Source: an uncultured Pelagibacteraceae bacterium
GTDB lineage: Bacteria; Pseudomonadota; Alphaproteobacteria; Pelagibacterales; Pelagibacteraceae
Direction of reading: 5' to 3'
DNA length: 64,000 nt
NCBI GenBank assembly: GCA_902624195.1
Contig: CACNWV010000006.1
Location: 673-64,672, forward strand
Position 1 is the stretch's first letter. The number at the start of each line of letters is the position of its first letter. Below are positions 11,350 to 24,700 of the stretch, one piece after another. The notes beneath the pieces were generated by a model, which saw only the letters and a program-made list of their open reading frames with translations, made no database searches and was not told the DNA's origin. Made by a program: the position numbers and the translations under genes.

Positions 11350-12054
11350 CTATTTTTTTCCTTTCTTAGCTGCTGCAGCTTTTACTTTTGCTTCATGTTT
11401 TTCTTTAAAAGTTTTTCTTGAGACGTTTTTAACTGACTCTCTTAACAAAACTGTAGAGTTTTTTGCACCTGGTATCGAACCTTTTAAATAGAGAAGATTG
11501 TTTTCGAGATCAGATTTAATTATTTCTAGGTTTAACATAGTTCTTAATTTATCACCCATATGACCTGCCATCTTTTTTCCTTTGAAAACTTTACCAGGGT
11601 CCTGTCTCTGCCCAGTAGAACCATGTGATCTATGTGACACCGAAACACCATGAGATGCTCTCAATCCTCCGAAATTCCACCTTTTCATAACACCGGCAAA
11701 ACCTTTTCCAATAGTTTTGGACCTTACATCAATAAATTTTTTATCTTTAAAAATCTCTAATCCAAGCTCATTACCCTCTTTATACTGCTCATTATTTTCT
11801 AATCTAAATTCTTTTAGTACTCTTTTTGGCTCAGTATTTTTTTTTGAGAAATATCCTTTCATTTGTTTAGTAAGTTTAGAATTTTTCAATTTGAAAAAAC
11901 CTAATTTAATTGCATTATACCCTCTTTTCTCTTTTGAAATCACATCTAACACTCTTCCTTTTTCAACTTTAATAACAGTAACAGGCACAGATTGACCTGT
12001 ATCCATAAATTCCCTAGTCATTCCAATTTTTTTACCTATTAACCCTATACTCAT
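11350..12054 (-). CDS. rplC: 50S ribosomal protein L3
   Basis: GKKIGMT, GKGFAGVMKR, PGKVFKGKKMAGHMG. Confidence 0.98.
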   Translation of the reverse strand: MSIGLIGKKIGMTREFMDTGQSVPVTVIKVEKGRVLDVISKEKRGYNAIKLGFFKLKNSKLTKQMKGYFSKKNTEPKRVLKEFRLENNEQYKEGNELGLEIFKDKKFIDVRSKTIGKGFAGVMKRWNFGGLRASHGVSVSHRSHGSTGQRQDPGKVFKGKKMAGHMGDKLRTMLNLEIIKSDLENNLLYLKGSIPGAKNSTVLLRESVKNVSRKTFKEKHEAKVKAAAAKKGKK

Positions 12055-12058
12055 AATT

Positions 12059-12367
12059 TTATATCTTTATTTCAATATCCACACCCGATGCTAAATCAAG
12101 TTTCATTAAAGCTTCAACAGTTTGTGGCGTTGGTTCTATAATATCAATTAGTCTCTTGTGCGTTCTTGACTCGAATTGCTCTCTACTTTTTTTATCTATA
12201 TGAGGCGATCTAAGTACAGTATACCTCTCAATTCTTGTCGGTAGTGGAATTGGCCCTTTTACTTGTGCACCAGTCCTTTTAGCAGTATTAACTATCTCCT
12301 CTGTAGACAAGTCTAAGATTTTATTATCATAAGCTTTAAGATGTATTCTAATATTTTGATTTTCCAT
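12059..12367 (-). CDS. rpsJ: 30S ribosomal protein S10
   Basis: [26 protein letters not shown]. Confidence 0.99.
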   Translation of the reverse strand: MENQNIRIHLKAYDNKILDLSTEEIVNTAKRTGAQVKGPIPLPTRIERYTVLRSPHIDKKSREQFESRTHKRLIDIIEPTPQTVEALMKLDLASGVDIEIKI

Positions 12368-12372
12368 AATAA

Positions 12373-14445
12373 TTACGCTAGTTTCTTTGTTACTTCATCT
12401 TGGACATTTTGAGGAACTTTATCATAATGACTAAATTGCATTGTATATTGTGCTCTCCCTTGTGTAGAAGATCTTAAATTATTTATATAACCAAACATGT
12501 TTGCTAAAGGAACAACAGCATTGATTGCTGTTGCGTTTCCTCTAGGCTCTGTAGATCCTACCTGTCCTCTTCTACTATTTAAGTCTCCGATCACATCTCC
12601 CATAAACTCTTCTGGGGTAACTACTTCTACTTTCATCATTGGTTCTAATAATTTTAAAGTTGCTTTCTGGCAAGCTTCCCTGAAGCAAGTTCTGCTTGCA
12701 ATTTCAAAAGCTAAAACACTCGAGTCCACATCGTGATGTAGTCCATCTAAAATTTTTACTTTGTAGTCTATAATTGGAAAACCAGCTAAAATACCACTGT
12801 CAGCAACACCCTCGACTCCTTTTTCAACACCAGGAATATATTCTTTAGGTATCGCTCCACCTTTAATTAAATTTTCTATTTCTCTACCTTTGCCTGCCTC
12901 TAACGGTTCAACGCTTAATCTAACTTTAGCAAACTGTCCTGCTCCGCCACTCTGTTTTTTATGAATATATTCCATTTCAGCATTACCTAAAATAGTTTCT
13001 CTATATGCTACTTGCGGGGCACCTATGTTTGCCTCAACTTTAAATTCTCTTTTCATTCTATCAACGATAATATCTAAATGTAATTCCCCCATACCTTTAA
13101 TAATTGTTTGACCTGATTCCTCATCTGAAGAGACTCTGAAAGATGGATCTTCCTTGGCCAATCTACCAAGAGCTTCTCCCATTTTCTCTTGGTCACCTTT
13201 TGTTTTAGGTTCTACAGCGATTTCAATTACTGGTTCCGGAAACTCCATTGGCTCTAACAAGATAGGATTTTTTGAGTCACACAATGTGTGTCCTGTTATA
13301 GTATGTTTTAATCCAGCTAATGCGACTATATCCCCAGCGGTAGCGGATTTAATATCTTCTCTGCTATTTGCATGCATTAGAAGCATCCTTCCTATACGTT
13401 CATCTTTATCTTTAGATGAGTTAAGTATCGAGGTTCCTGCATTGAGTGTGCCAGAGTATATTCTTATAAAAGTTAATGAACCTACAAATGGATCATTAGC
13501 TACTTTGAAGGCTAAAGCTGAAAAATTTTCTTTTTCATCAAAATTCATTGTTACTTTTTCCTCAGATCCAACTTTGGTTCCTTCAATTGAATTCAGATCT
13601 TTTGGACTTGGAAGATAATCTATTACTGCGTCTAATAATGGTTGAACTCCCTTATTTTTAAAAGCTGATCCTGTTAGTATTGGCACAAAGTCAAAGGCCA
13701 AAGTTCCTTTTCTTACACATTTTATAAGGTCCTTTTCTGATGGCTCTTTTCCCTCTAAGTAAGCTTCCATTAACTTTTCGTCTTGCTCAACCGCAGTTTC
13801 AACTAGTTCTTTCCTGTAATTGTTTGCTTTATCCTTTAGTTCAGATGGAATTTCAACGTACTCAAACTTTGCGCCTAAATCCTCGTTTTGCCAAACTATT
13901 CCCTTCATTTTTACAAGATCAACAACACCTTTCAAATCAGCCTCTGCTCCGATTGGTAACTGAAGTGGTAATGGTTTGCAGCCAAGTCTATCTTTAATCA
14001 TATCGACACATCGGTAAAAATCTGCACCTGTTCTATCTAGTTTATTAACAAAACATATTCTTGGAACTTTATATTTGTCAGCTTGTCTCCAAACTGTTTC
14101 AGATTGTGGCTCTACGCCAGCAACACCGTCAAAAACTGCAACAGCACCATCTAGAACTTTAAGAGATCTTTCCACTTCAATAGTAAAATCAACGTGACCA
14201 GGAGTATCTATGATATTAATTCTATGATCTCTCCAAAAACAAGTTGTTGCTGCTGAGGTAATTGTTATTCCTCTTTCTTGTTCCTGCTCCATCCAGTCCA
14301 TAGTTGCTGCTCCGTCATGAACTTCACCAATCTTATGACTTTTACCTGTATAATATAAAACTCTCTCTGTTGTTGTAGTTTTACCTGCATCGATATGAGC
14401 CATTATTCCAATATTTCTGTATTTATCTAATGAATACTTTGTCAT
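12373..14445 (-). CDS. fusA: Elongation factor G
   Basis: [30 protein letters not shown]. Confidence 0.99.
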   Translation of the reverse strand: MTKYSLDKYRNIGIMAHIDAGKTTTTERVLYYTGKSHKIGEVHDGAATMDWMEQEQERGITITSAATTCFWRDHRINIIDTPGHVDFTIEVERSLKVLDGAVAVFDGVAGVEPQSETVWRQADKYKVPRICFVNKLDRTGADFYRCVDMIKDRLGCKPLPLQLPIGAEADLKGVVDLVKMKGIVWQNEDLGAKFEYVEIPSELKDKANNYRKELVETAVEQDEKLMEAYLEGKEPSEKDLIKCVRKGTLAFDFVPILTGSAFKNKGVQPLLDAVIDYLPSPKDLNSIEGTKVGSEEKVTMNFDEKENFSALAFKVANDPFVGSLTFIRIYSGTLNAGTSILNSSKDKDERIGRMLLMHANSREDIKSATAGDIVALAGLKHTITGHTLCDSKNPILLEPMEFPEPVIEIAVEPKTKGDQEKMGEALGRLAKEDPSFRVSSDEESGQTIIKGMGELHLDIIVDRMKREFKVEANIGAPQVAYRETILGNAEMEYIHKKQSGGAGQFAKVRLSVEPLEAGKGREIENLIKGGAIPKEYIPGVEKGVEGVADSGILAGFPIIDYKVKILDGLHHDVDSSVLAFEIASRTCFREACQKATLKLLEPMMKVEVVTPEEFMGDVIGDLNSRRGQVGSTEPRGNATAINAVVPLANMFGYINNLRSSTQGRAQYTMQFSHYDKVPQNVQDEVTKKLA

Positions 14446-14451
14446 AATTTT

Positions 14452-14922
14452 TTACCATCTAAAGTGAGCAAAAGCCTTGTTTGACTCTGCCATTTTATGA
14501 GTATCTTCTCTTTTTTTTATTGCTGATCCTTTGTTTTGTGATGCGTCAATAATTTCAGAATATAATTTATCAGCCATTGTTTTATTTTTTCTTTTTCTAG
14601 TAGCATCCATAATCCATCTCAAAGCTAAGGCTTGAGCTCTCTTAGATTTGACCTCAACTGGTACCTGGTAAGTTGCACCTCCTACTCTTCTGGAACGACA
14701 TTCTAAGTTTGGTTTAACATTACTTATAGCTGAATTAAAAATTTTTAATGGATCCTCTTTATTTTTTGATTTAATTTTTTCTAGTGCATCATATAAAATT
14801 TTTTCTGCAGTGGACCTTTTCCCATCATACATTATTGAATTTATAAACTTTGAAACGACCTCTGAATGGTACTTGGGATCAGGATAAACTTTTCTAATTG
14901 GAGCTTTTCTTTTTCTAGACAT
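14452..14922 (-). CDS. rpsG: 30S ribosomal protein S7
   Basis: [26 protein letters not shown]. Confidence 0.99.
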   Translation of the reverse strand: MSRKRKAPIRKVYPDPKYHSEVVSKFINSIMYDGKRSTAEKILYDALEKIKSKNKEDPLKIFNSAISNVKPNLECRSRRVGGATYQVPVEVKSKRAQALALRWIMDATRKRKNKTMADKLYSEIIDASQNKGSAIKKREDTHKMAESNKAFAHFRW

Positions 14923-14925
14923 AAA

Positions 14926-15297
14926 TTATTTAGGTTTTTTCGTTCCGTAAAGTGATCTTCTTTGTTTACGATTTGCAACTCCTTGTGTATCTAAATTTCC
15001 TCTTAGGATATGGTATCTAACGCCTGGTAAATCTTTTACTCTACCACCTCTAAGTAATACAACTGAGTGTTCTTGCAAATTATGCCCTTCACCTGGAATA
15101 TATGCTGTGACTTCGAATCCGTTTGATAATCTTACTCTTGCAACTTTTCTTAAAGCAGAATTGGGTTTCTTTGGTGTTGTGGTATAAACTTTAACGCAAA
15201 CACCTCTTTTCAAAGGTTGTTTTTCAAGCGCGGGGACTTTGTTTCTCGCAACAGGTCTAACTCGACTTTTTTTAATCAGTTGGTTTATTGTTGGCAT
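14926..15297 (-). CDS. rpsL: 30S ribosomal protein S12
   Basis: [30 protein letters not shown]. Confidence 0.99.
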   Translation of the reverse strand: MPTINQLIKKSRVRPVARNKVPALEKQPLKRGVCVKVYTTTPKKPNSALRKVARVRLSNGFEVTAYIPGEGHNLQEHSVVLLRGGRVKDLPGVRYHILRGNLDTQGVANRKQRRSLYGTKKPK

Positions 15298-15304
15298 AAT
15301 AATA

Positions 15305-15392
15305 TTTTGAAGTTAAAGAATAAGAAATACCTTTTTCAAGAATTTTTGTTAGTGTTTAAGGTTCTAAAATACCTTACTTCTAACTTTCAAAA
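15305..15392 (-). ncRNA. Candidate structured 5' leader of rpsL (long imperfect hairpin)
   Basis: RNA arms UUUUGAAAGUUAGAAGUAAG (15392-15373) and CUUAUUCUUUAACUUCAAAA (15324-15305) pair over about 19 bp with bulges and G-U pairs; the hairpin ends 7 nt before the AUG. Confidence 0.6.
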
Positions 15393-15399
15393 TTGCCGT

Positions 15400-15427
15400 A
15401 AATTAACATTGAATTAACAAAAGTCAA
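15400..15427 (-). promoter_or_regulatory. Putative sigma70 promoter of the rpsL (str-S10-spc) transcript (TTGACT-N16-TAATTT, TG-extended)
   Basis: -35 at 15427-15422 and -10 at 15405-15400, immediately upstream of the leader hairpin. Confidence 0.5.
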
Positions 15428-15452
15428 CGTATAAAGGTTTTTAATCCGGCGC

Positions 15453-18400
15453 TTAAACAGTCTGTTCAGGGGCTGAATTTGCGGATTCTAGCTCTTGTTT
15501 TTTTAATTCTTCTAACCTTGCTTTATCTTGCTCTTTAGCTTGCTTATCCCATCCCATTTTAGTAAGCCCAGTACCTGCTGGAACTAATCTACCTACTATT
15601 ACATTTTCTTTTAATCCCTCTAAGGTATCAGTTTTTCCCTTCACTGACGCATCAGTTAGAACTCTAGTAGTTTCTTGGAATGAAGCTGCAGAGATAAATG
15701 AATTTGTTTGCAGTGAAGCTTTCGTTATACCTAATAATACTCTTTCATAAATTGCTGGTTTCTTCTTTTCTTCTCTTAATTTGTCATTAATTGAATTTAC
15801 ATCCAACAAGTCAATTACTTCACCTGCTAAAAGCTCTGACTCACCTGGGTCTTTTATTTCTACTCTTTTCAACATTTGTCTTACAATTGTCTCGATATGT
15901 TTATCGTTAATTACTACTCCCTGAAGTCTATAAACCTCTTGTACTTCTGTAACAAAATATTCTGTTAGTTTTTCAACACCTAAAATTCTAAGTATATCGT
16001 GCGGGGCAGGACTTCCATCTAATAAATATTCCCCTTTCTTAATTTTTTCTCCTTGATTAAAATTTACATGTTTGCCTTTAGGAATTAAATAATTTGACGT
16101 TTCTCCAGTTGTAGAAACTATTGAAATTTTTTGCTTACCTCTAACTTCTTTACCAAATTCTATTACACCATCGTTTTCAGCAATAATTGCGCTATCCTTT
16201 GGCCTTCTTGCCTCAAATAATTCGGCAACTCTAGGCAGTCCACCGGTAATATCTTTTGTTTTAGATGTTTCTTTCGGTAGTCTAGCTAACACATCTCCAG
16301 CAGAAATTTTTTGTCCATCTTTAACTGATAATATTGTATCAGGAACTAAATAATATCGAGCTTCATTTCCATCAGCTTTTTTTATTATCTCACCTTTTTC
16401 ATTTCTCAGAGTTATTCTTGGCTTAAGCTCTGAATTCTTTAATGAGGATTTCCAATCTGTTACTGATTTTGTAGATAATCCTGTTGCATCATCTAATGTT
16501 TCTGTTAGCGAACTTCCTTCCATTAAATCCATATAATTTGCAATACCGTTTGTTTCTGCAATTACAGGTAGCGTGTATGGATCCCACTCAGCTATCTTTT
16601 TTCCCTTATCAATTATCTCACCATCTTTAAAAAATAATTTTGAACCATAATTTACCTTATATATGGCAAGTTGTCTTTTGTTTTCGTCCTCAATACTCAA
16701 TTGTGTATTTCTTCCCATTACAATTATATTTTTCTTAGAGTCCTCAATTAAATTTTTATTAATAATATTAAGTTTACCTTTTGTTTGAGAAATAATTTGT
16801 GACTCTTCCTTAATTTGTGCTGTGCCACCGACATGAAAAGTTCTCATTGTTAATTGAGTACCAGGCTCTCCTATAGATTGGGCTGCTATCATTCCTACTG
16901 CTTCACCTATACTCACAAGTTTTCCTCTTGCTAAGTCTCTACCATAGCAAACTTGACATACTCCTCTTGTAGAGGCGCAAGTTATTACGGAATAGACGTT
17001 GACAGATTTTACACCAGCTGCATCTATTTTTTCGCAATCAAATTCATCAATAAGTTTATCTTTTTTAATGATGATTTCGCCAGTAACAGGATTTTTAATA
17101 TTTTCCGCTATCACTCTTCCTAAAACTCTTTCAGATAAACTTACTAAAATATTTCCTCCTTCAATAATTTCAGAAATAGTGACGGATGATCTTTTTTTCG
17201 GCTCACATTCGGCTTTTGTAATTTGAACATCTTGAGCAACATCACATAATCTCCTTGTTAAGTAACCTGAATTAGCTGTTTTCAATGCTGTATCTGCAAG
17301 GCCTTTCCTAGCTCCGTGCGTTGAATTAAAATACTCTAAAACCGAGAGACCTTCTTTGAAATTAGAGATAATTGGTGTTTCGATAATTTCTCCAGATGGT
17401 TTAGCAATTAGTCCTCTCATTCCAGCTAACTGTTTCATCTGAGCCTGAGATCCACGGGCACCAGAATCTGCCATCATATAAACCGAGTTAGTTTCAATCC
17501 TATCATCGTCATAAATCTTTTCAGCAGATGAAATTTCTTTCATCATTTCATTTGCGACTGTATCTGTACATTTTGACCATACATCAACTACTTTATTGTA
17601 TTTTTCTCCCCTAGTAATTAGTCCGTCTGAGTATTGTTTTTCATACTCTTCTATTTGTTTTTTTGTGCTATTAATTAAATTTTCTTTTGTCTTAGGTATA
17701 ATTAAGTCATCTTTTCCAAATGAAATTCCTGCTTTAAAAGCGTGCTTGAAACCTAAAGTTTTAATCCTGTCACAAAAAATTACTGTTTCTTTTTGTCCAC
17801 AATATCTAAAAATAGTATCGATTACTTCTGAAACATTTTTTTTGGTAAGAAGTTTGTTAACTAAACTAAATTTTATATTACTATTTATCGGCAATAGATT
17901 TGCCAATAAAAATCTACCTGCTGTACTTGTATATTTTTCTTTAATTTTGTTACCTTTTTCATCTATTGTATTAAAAACAGAAATAATTTTTGAGTGTAAG
18001 CTTATAGATTTATTTTCTAAAGCTTGTTCAATTTCCTCTACACTTAAAAATATACCTTTTGGTTTTTTATTTTCATCTTCGCTATCTTGAGACAAATAAT
18101 AAATACCTAACACTATATCCTGACTTGGTACAATTATAGGTTTTCCATTAGACGGACTTAATATGTTATTTGTTGACATCATTAGTACCCTGGCCTCTAG
18201 TTGAGCCTCTAAACTTAATGGAATATGAACCGCCATTTGATCACCATCAAAATCAGCATTGAAAGCGGCACAAACTAGAGGGTGTAATTCAATTGCGTTC
18301 CCTTCTATCAACTTAGCTTCAAAAGCTTGAACTCCGAGTCTATGCAATGTTGGGGCTCTGTTTAACAATATTGGATGTTCTCTTATTATATGCTCAAGGG

Positions 18401-19643
18401 AATCCCATACTTCACTTTTTTCTTTCTCTACAAGTCTTTTTGCTTGTTTGATTGTAGTTGCTAAACCTAGTTTGTCTAATCGGGCATATAAAAAAGGTTT
18501 AAACAACTCTAATGCCATTTTTTTTGGTAGACCACACTGATGTAATTTTAATTCTGGGCCAACTACAATTACCGATCTTCCTGAATAATCTACTCTCTTA
18601 CCTAAAAGATTTTGTCTAAATCTCCCTTGTTTTCCTTTAAGCATCTCTGCTAAAGATTTTAATGGCCTCTTACCAGTTCCTGTAATTACTCTTCCTCTTC
18701 TTCCATTATCAAAGAGAGCGTCAACAGATTCTTGAAGCATTCTCTTTTCATTTCTTACAATTATATCAGGAGCCTTGAGGTCCAATAGTCTTTTTAAACG
18801 ATTGTTTCTATTAATTACTCTTCTATATAAATCATTTAGATCTGAAGTTGCAAACCTACCACCATCTAAAGGAACTAAAGGTCTAAGTTCTGGAGGTATT
18901 ACTGGAACTGAAGTTAAAATCATCCACTCTGGTTTATTACCAGAGGAAATAAAAGACTCTATTAATTTTAATCTTTTTATAGTCCTCTCCTCCGTGACTT
19001 TAGATTTAATTGATTTTAGTGACTCTCTGAGTTTCTGTTGCTCACTTTTAAGATCCAAGTTTAACAAAATTTCTCTCACTGCTTCAGCACCGATTCCAGC
19101 TGTAAATGCGTCTTCACCAAATTCTTCTTGAGCTTTCAATAAAGCTTCTTCGGAAATTAATTGACCTTTTTTGAGATTGGTAAGGCCTGGTTCAACAACT
19201 ATAAAACTTTCAAAATATAAAACTTTTTCAACTTCTTTTAGTTTCATATCAATTGCTAAGGAGATTCTACTTGGTAATGATTTTAAAAACCAAATATGTG
19301 CTACTGGACATGCTAAATCTATATGTCCCATCCTTTCTCGTCTAACATTTGATTTTGTTACCTCTACTCCGCATTTTTCACAAATAATCCCTCTAAATTT
19401 CATCCTTTTGTATTTTCCGCATAGACATTCATAATCTTTAACCGGTCCAAATATTCTAGAACAAAACAGTCCATCTTTCTCAGGTCTGAATGTTCTATAA
19501 TTAATTGTCTCAGGTTTTTTAATTTCTCCATACGACCATGATTTAATTTTTTCGGGACTAGCTAAAGTAATTTTAATACTGTTAAAATTATTTTCATTAG
19601 CCAAGATCTGATTATCAAAGTTTTTAGTTAAGCTTTTATCCAT
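15453..19643 (-). CDS. rpoC: RNA polymerase beta' subunit
   Basis: NADFDGD catalytic motif, CLCGKYK zinc finger, GKRVDYSGR. Confidence 0.99.
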   Translation of the reverse strand: MDKSLTKNFDNQILANENNFNSIKITLASPEKIKSWSYGEIKKPETINYRTFRPEKDGLFCSRIFGPVKDYECLCGKYKRMKFRGIICEKCGVEVTKSNVRRERMGHIDLACPVAHIWFLKSLPSRISLAIDMKLKEVEKVLYFESFIVVEPGLTNLKKGQLISEEALLKAQEEFGEDAFTAGIGAEAVREILLNLDLKSEQQKLRESLKSIKSKVTEERTIKRLKLIESFISSGNKPEWMILTSVPVIPPELRPLVPLDGGRFATSDLNDLYRRVINRNNRLKRLLDLKAPDIIVRNEKRMLQESVDALFDNGRRGRVITGTGKRPLKSLAEMLKGKQGRFRQNLLGKRVDYSGRSVIVVGPELKLHQCGLPKKMALELFKPFLYARLDKLGLATTIKQAKRLVEKEKSEVWDSLEHIIREHPILLNRAPTLHRLGVQAFEAKLIEGNAIELHPLVCAAFNADFDGDQMAVHIPLSLEAQLEARVLMMSTNNILSPSNGKPIIVPSQDIVLGIYYLSQDSEDENKKPKGIFLSVEEIEQALENKSISLHSKIISVFNTIDEKGNKIKEKYTSTAGRFLLANLLPINSNIKFSLVNKLLTKKNVSEVIDTIFRYCGQKETVIFCDRIKTLGFKHAFKAGISFGKDDLIIPKTKENLINSTKKQIEEYEKQYSDGLITRGEKYNKVVDVWSKCTDTVANEMMKEISSAEKIYDDDRIETNSVYMMADSGARGSQAQMKQLAGMRGLIAKPSGEIIETPIISNFKEGLSVLEYFNSTHGARKGLADTALKTANSGYLTRRLCDVAQDVQITKAECEPKKRSSVTISEIIEGGNILVSLSERVLGRVIAENIKNPVTGEIIIKKDKLIDEFDCEKIDAAGVKSVNVYSVITCASTRGVCQVCYGRDLARGKLVSIGEAVGMIAAQSIGEPGTQLTMRTFHVGGTAQIKEESQIISQTKGKLNIINKNLIEDSKKNIIVMGRNTQLSIEDENKRQLAIYKVNYGSKLFFKDGEIIDKGKKIAEWDPYTLPVIAETNGIANYMDLMEGSSLTETLDDATGLSTKSVTDWKSSLKNSELKPRITLRNEKGEIIKKADGNEARYYLVPDTILSVKDGQKISAGDVLARLPKETSKTKDITGGLPRVAELFEARRPKDSAIIAENDGVIEFGKEVRGKQKISIVSTTGETSNYLIPKGKHVNFNQGEKIKKGEYLLDGSPAPHDILRILGVEKLTEYFVTEVQEVYRLQGVVINDKHIETIVRQMLKRVEIKDPGESELLAGEVIDLLDVNSINDKLREEKKKPAIYERVLLGITKASLQTNSFISAASFQETTRVLTDASVKGKTDTLEGLKENVIVGRLVPAGTGLTKMGWDKQAKEQDKARLEELKKQELESANSAPEQTV

Positions 19644-19645
19644 AA

Positions 19646-22600
19646 TTAATTTAATTCAATATTTAAACCTAATGCTCGTATCTCTTTAACGAGAACGTTA
19701 AAAGACTCTGGTACTCCAGACTCAAAATTGTTATTTCCCTTAACTATTGTCTCGTAAACTTTCGTTCTACCTGCTACATCATCTGATTTAACAGTTAAAA
19801 TTTCTTGTAGTGTATACGATGCACCGTAAGCCTCTAATGCCCAAACTTCCATTTCACCAAATCGTTGACCTCCTAGCTGAGCTTTACCACCAAGAGGCTG
19901 TTGAGTTACTAAACTGTATGGGCCAGTAGATCTTGCGTGAATTTTATCTTCAACCAAGTGATTTAGTTTAAGCATATAAATTATTCCTACCGTAACTGGT
20001 CTATCAAATCTCTCACCTGTTTGACCATTCCAAAGGTGAGTTTGACCAGTATTTGGAAGTTTTGCAAGCCCAAGCATTTCAGTTATATCTTTTGTGCTAG
20101 CACCATCAAATACTGGGGTAGCTATAGGAACACCTTTTGATAGGTTTTCTATAAGTTCAACAATTTCTTTATTATTTAATTTTGAGATAACATTCTCATA
20201 ATATGCTAAACCATAAATTTCTTTTAATTTTTGTTTTACGTTTTCAATTTCTTCATTCACGTTTTTTAAATATTTCTTAATTTGATCACCGAGTTCTGAA
20301 CAAGACCAACCTAGATGTGTTTCTAAAATTTGACCAACATTCATACGACTGGGCACACCTAGTGGATTTAAAACAATATCTACAGGCTTACCATTTTCCA
20401 TGTACGGCATATCCTCAACAGGTACAATTTTACTCACAACTCCTTTATTCCCATGTCGTCCAGCCATTTTATCACCTGGCATTAATCTTCTTTTTACTGC
20501 AACAAATACTTTAACAACCTTCATGACAGTTGGTAATAAATCATCCCCTTGTTGTATCTTTGTTACTTTATCCTCAAACCTTAACTTAATGTCCTCTGAA
20601 GCGTTGTCGAATTGATTTTTTAGTTTTTCTAAATTCTGATTTATTTCCATTTTTTGGAACGAAATCTTCCAAAGATCTTTTAAACTTAAATTTTCGAAAT
20701 CATTTTTATTTAAAGTAGTTCCAGGTTTTAATTCCTTAAATTGTTTATTAATACTTTGTCCGTTTAACAAATCTATAGCTCTTAACTTAATATTTCGGTT
20801 TAAGATTTCTTCCTCAACTTTTTTGTCTTCTTGCACAGACTCAATTTCAGCTCTTTCAATAGCAATTGACCTTTCATCCTTTTCAATACCATGTCTATTA
20901 AAAACTCTTACATCAATTACAACTCCTGCGCTTCCAGAAGGTAATTTTAAAGAAGAGTCTCTAACGTCAGTAGCTTTTTCTCCAAATATTGATCTTAAAA
21001 GTTTTTCCTCAGGACTTGACGATGTTTCACTTTTTGGAGTAACTTTCCCCACTAAAATATCACCTGGTTTAACTTCGGCTCCAACATAAACAATTCCAGA
21101 CTCATCTAAATTTCTTAATCTTTCCTCACTTACATTCGGTATGTCTCTTGTTATTTCCTCAGCACCAAGTTTTGTATCTCTGGCCATTGACTCGTACTCT
21201 TCTATATGTACAGAAGTAAAAACATCATCTGTCACACATCTCTCTGAAATTAATATGGAGTCTTCAAAATTGTAACCTTGCCAAGGCATGAATGCTACTG
21301 TTACATTTTTCCCCAATGCTAGCTCACCTAATTTAGTTGCTGGACCATCTGCGATAATATCACCTTTTTTTATTTTATCTCCCACCTTGACTAAAGGTTT
21401 TTGATTAATACAAGTGTTCTGATTTGATCTTTGAAATTTTGATAAATTGTATATATCTACTGCTGACTGTGAAAGATCTGTAACTTCTGTTGCTTTAACA
21501 ACAATCCTTTTTCCGTCAATTTTATCTACTACTCCATTCCTTTTTGCAACAATTGTTACACCTGAGTCCAAGGCAACATCAGATTCAATCCCTGTACCAA
21601 CTAAAGGTGACTCAGGTTTTAATAACGGTACAGCTTGCCTCATCATATTTGATCCCATCAGTGCCCTGTTAGCATCATCATTTTCTAAAAACGGGATTAA
21701 AGCTGCTGCTACAGAAACTAGTTGTTTCGGTGAAACATCAATAAAATCGATGTTATCAGTATTTGATAGTTCAAAATTTAAATTTTTTCTGCACGCCACA
21801 AGCTCCTCAACGAAAGACCCGTCTTTGTTTAGTGCTGAATTTGCTTGTGCTATTGTAAATTTTTCCTCTTCTATTGCAGATAAATATTTTATTTCTTGAG
21901 TGACTTTACCATTAACAACTTTTTTGTAAGGACTTTCGATGTATCCAAATTTATTTACCCTACAATATGTTGCTAAACTATTAATTAAACCAATGTTTGG
22001 TCCTTCTGGTGTTTCAATCGGACAAATCCTACCGTAATGTGTTGGGTGAACATCTCTCACCTCAAATCCTGCTCTCTCTCTGGTTAAACCACCTGGACCT
22101 AATGCTGAAACTCTTCTTTTATGTGTAATTTCTGATAATGGGTTTGTTTGATCCATAAATTGAGAAAGTTGAGATGTTGCAAAGAAATCTTTTAGCGAGG
22201 TAGTTATAGGTTTTGCATTAATTAAATCTTGAGGCATTGCCGACTCTATCTCAAGAAAAGTAGACATTTTTTCTTTAACAGTCCTTTCCATTCTTAAAAG
22301 ACCTATTCTAAATTGATTTTCAACTAATTCACCAACTGACCTAACTCGTCTATTACCTAAATGATCGATATCGTCAACATCTCCCTTTCCATCTCTAAGA
22401 TCTAACATAAACTTAATTATCGCTACAATATCGTTTGTATCTAAAATTGTTTTTCTGGGACTAGTAGTTAAATTTAATTTCGAGTTTAGCTTAACTCTAC
22501 CAACCTCAGACAAATCATATCTCTCTTTTTTAAAATATAAATTTGTAAAAATTTCTTCAGCAATTTCTATGGATGGAGCTTCCCCAGGTCTCAAAACTTT

Positions 22601-23737
22601 GTATATATCGTAAAGTGCTTCAGATTTATTTGAATTTTTGTCTATTTTTAATGACTCAAGGATATAAGGACCCTTATTAATTGGATCAATATTTACAATT
22701 TCTAAAATTTTTTTATCAAGCTTAATTATTTTTTCTAAAAGTTCTTCGGTAATATCAAATCCAGCGCCAACAATTCTTTCACCATTATTGTCTTTTATGT
22801 CTGTGGCTAAATATTTACCAATAATTTCATCATTTGAAATTAAAACTGATTTTAATCCTTTCTCTTGAAGCCTCTTAGCAATAATTATGTTTAATTTTTC
22901 TCCTTTTGAAAGAACTTTTTTATTATTATTTGAGTCAATTAAGTCATATGAAAGTTTTATAGGTCGTTTAAAGTTTTCAGGAATAAAGTCAGTTGACCAG
23001 CATTTTTTTTCACTATTGTACGTATACTTGTTTGTTGAATAAAACGTATTAATTATTTTTTCTTTTGAAAATCCCAGTGCAAACAATATAGTTGTGATTG
23101 GAAGTTTTTTCTTTCTGTCTATTCTGAAATATAAAATATCTTTAGGATCAAACTCAAAGTCTAACCATGAGCCTCTTCCTGGAATTATTCTGCAATTAAA
23201 TAAAAGTTTTCCACTTGCATGTGTTTTTCCTTTATCATGATCAAAGAAAACTCCCGGGCTTCTATGCATTTGATTAACAACAACTCTTTCGACACCATTG
23301 GTTATAAAAGTTGCACTAGGAGTCATTAAAGGTAAATCTCCGATAAAGACTTCTTGCTCTTTAGCAGATAAAATTTGCTTAGTATTATTCTCAGCGTCTA
23401 TATCATAAACTACTAATCTTAAATTTGCTTTCAGTGCTGCAGAATATGATAAGCTTCTTTGTTTACATTCAATAACATCAAATTTTGGTTTTTCTAATTT
23501 ATAGGAAATGTATTCTAGTGTAGATTTATCGTTTCCATCCTCAATCGGAAAAATTGATTTAAAAACTTTATCAATCCCAGTTGATAGTTCATTCAATTGA
23601 TCATTTAATGACTTTGATTTTAAAAATTCATTGTAAGAATTTTTTTGAACCTCAATTAAATTTGGTATAGATAAGCCTTCGACTAATTTTCCAAAGTTTT
23701 TTCTAATATGTTTCTTTTGAGTAAAAGATAATTGCAT
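19646..23737 (-). CDS. rpoB: RNA polymerase beta subunit
   Basis: [35 protein letters not shown]; ATG at 23737. Confidence 0.99.
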   Translation of the reverse strand: MQLSFTQKKHIRKNFGKLVEGLSIPNLIEVQKNSYNEFLKSKSLNDQLNELSTGIDKVFKSIFPIEDGNDKSTLEYISYKLEKPKFDVIECKQRSLSYSAALKANLRLVVYDIDAENNTKQILSAKEQEVFIGDLPLMTPSATFITNGVERVVVNQMHRSPGVFFDHDKGKTHASGKLLFNCRIIPGRGSWLDFEFDPKDILYFRIDRKKKLPITTILFALGFSKEKIINTFYSTNKYTYNSEKKCWSTDFIPENFKRPIKLSYDLIDSNNNKKVLSKGEKLNIIIAKRLQEKGLKSVLISNDEIIGKYLATDIKDNNGERIVGAGFDITEELLEKIIKLDKKILEIVNIDPINKGPYILESLKIDKNSNKSEALYDIYKVLRPGEAPSIEIAEEIFTNLYFKKERYDLSEVGRVKLNSKLNLTTSPRKTILDTNDIVAIIKFMLDLRDGKGDVDDIDHLGNRRVRSVGELVENQFRIGLLRMERTVKEKMSTFLEIESAMPQDLINAKPITTSLKDFFATSQLSQFMDQTNPLSEITHKRRVSALGPGGLTRERAGFEVRDVHPTHYGRICPIETPEGPNIGLINSLATYCRVNKFGYIESPYKKVVNGKVTQEIKYLSAIEEEKFTIAQANSALNKDGSFVEELVACRKNLNFELSNTDNIDFIDVSPKQLVSVAAALIPFLENDDANRALMGSNMMRQAVPLLKPESPLVGTGIESDVALDSGVTIVAKRNGVVDKIDGKRIVVKATEVTDLSQSAVDIYNLSKFQRSNQNTCINQKPLVKVGDKIKKGDIIADGPATKLGELALGKNVTVAFMPWQGYNFEDSILISERCVTDDVFTSVHIEEYESMARDTKLGAEEITRDIPNVSEERLRNLDESGIVYVGAEVKPGDILVGKVTPKSETSSSPEEKLLRSIFGEKATDVRDSSLKLPSGSAGVVIDVRVFNRHGIEKDERSIAIERAEIESVQEDKKVEEEILNRNIKLRAIDLLNGQSINKQFKELKPGTTLNKNDFENLSLKDLWKISFQKMEINQNLEKLKNQFDNASEDIKLRFEDKVTKIQQGDDLLPTVMKVVKVFVAVKRRLMPGDKMAGRHGNKGVVSKIVPVEDMPYMENGKPVDIVLNPLGVPSRMNVGQILETHLGWSCSELGDQIKKYLKNVNEEIENVKQKLKEIYGLAYYENVISKLNNKEIVELIENLSKGVPIATPVFDGASTKDITEMLGLAKLPNTGQTHLWNGQTGERFDRPVTVGIIYMLKLNHLVEDKIHARSTGPYSLVTQQPLGGKAQLGGQRFGEMEVWALEAYGASYTLQEILTVKSDDVAGRTKVYETIVKGNNNFESGVPESFNVLVKEIRALGLNIELN

Positions 23738-23748
23738 CAAATATAATA

Positions 23749-23780
23749 AAATTGTTGCAAGCGTTAGCTTACAACAATTT
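23749..23780 (-). terminator. Hairpin between rplL and rpoB (putative attenuator/terminator or processing site)
   Basis: Minus strand AAATTGTTG-T-AAGC-TAAC-GCTT-G-CAACAATTT: 14-bp stem including one U-G pair, 4-nt loop, U/A-rich tail. Confidence 0.6.
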
Positions 23781-23795
23781 AGTCTTAAATATTGT

Positions 23796-24167
23796 TTACT
23801 TTAATTCTACTTTAGCCCCAGCTGCTTCAAGTTTTTTCTTAAATTCTTCAGCTTCTTTTTTGGCTACACCACCCTTAATCTCTTTTGGTGCACCCTCAAC
23901 TAAATCTTTAGCCTCTTTTAAACCTAAACCAGTTATTGCTCTAACTTCTTTAATCACATTTATTTTTTTATCCCCAGCTGCTGCTAAGAAAAGTGAAAAT
24001 TCTGATTTCTCCTCGCCTGCTGGTGCTGCAGCACCACCTGCTGGAGCTGCTGCTACTGGTGCAGCTGCGGTTACTCCCCATTTTTCCTCAAGTTGTTTTG
24101 AAAGCTCAGCTGCTTCTACAACAGTAAGTGAAGAGAGTTCGTCTATAATTTTATTTAAATCTGCCAT
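23796..24167 (-). CDS. rplL: 50S ribosomal protein L7/L12
   Basis: Ala-rich hinge, [24 protein letters not shown]. Confidence 0.98.
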   Translation of the reverse strand: MADLNKIIDELSSLTVVEAAELSKQLEEKWGVTAAAPVAAAPAGGAAAPAGEEKSEFSLFLAAAGDKKINVIKEVRAITGLGLKEAKDLVEGAPKEIKGGVAKKEAEEFKKKLEAAGAKVELK

Positions 24168-24182
24168 TGTAAATCCTATGAA

Positions 24183-24695
24183 TTATTTTTTTAAACTCTT
24201 TGCGCGCGCTAAATTAGCAATTTTTGAGCCAGGTGCAAGTAAAATACTAACTAATTTTTGAGCTGGTGAGGTCAAAATACCCACTATTTTAGCCCTTGCT
24301 TCTTCTAAAGATGGGAGTGTGGCTATTATAGACACCTCTTTTTCATCTAAAACTTTGCCATCCATAAATCCAGCAATAATTTTTAATTTGTTATTAGTTT
24401 TAGAGAACTTGGTTAAAATTTTGGCTGTAGAAATAGGGTCTGAAGATATTGCAGTAGCAGTAGGCCCGGTGAAAAATTTTTCTAAATCCTTTTTTGGTGT
24501 ATCCTTCAAAGCGATTTTTGTAATCCTATTTTTTGTTATTTTGAACAAAATACCTTTTTCTCTTAACTCTTTTCTTAAAGCATCAAGTTCATTCACATTA
24601 AGGCCTTGATATTGAGCAATCATTACTGACTCGTTAGCAGTAAAGTTTTTTTTCATTTCTTCGATATAAGCTTTTTTTGACTCTTTATTCATCAT
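24183..24695 (-). CDS. rplJ: 50S ribosomal protein L10
   Basis: YQGLNV..L..LR, KN.I.K.A, GPTA, ATLPS.EE.RA. Confidence 0.95.
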   Translation of the reverse strand: MMNKESKKAYIEEMKKNFTANESVMIAQYQGLNVNELDALRKELREKGILFKITKNRITKIALKDTPKKDLEKFFTGPTATAISSDPISTAKILTKFSKTNNKLKIIAGFMDGKVLDEKEVSIIATLPSLEEARAKIVGILTSPAQKLVSILLAPGSKIANLARAKSLKK

Positions 24696-24700
24696 AATTA

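Noticed and set aside
15403-15418. TTAA-N7-TTAAC CtrA-like site in the rpsL promoter (another at about 62352-62367)
   Set aside because: The motif is almost all A/T and expected often by chance in this genome; there is no evidence for CtrA in the window
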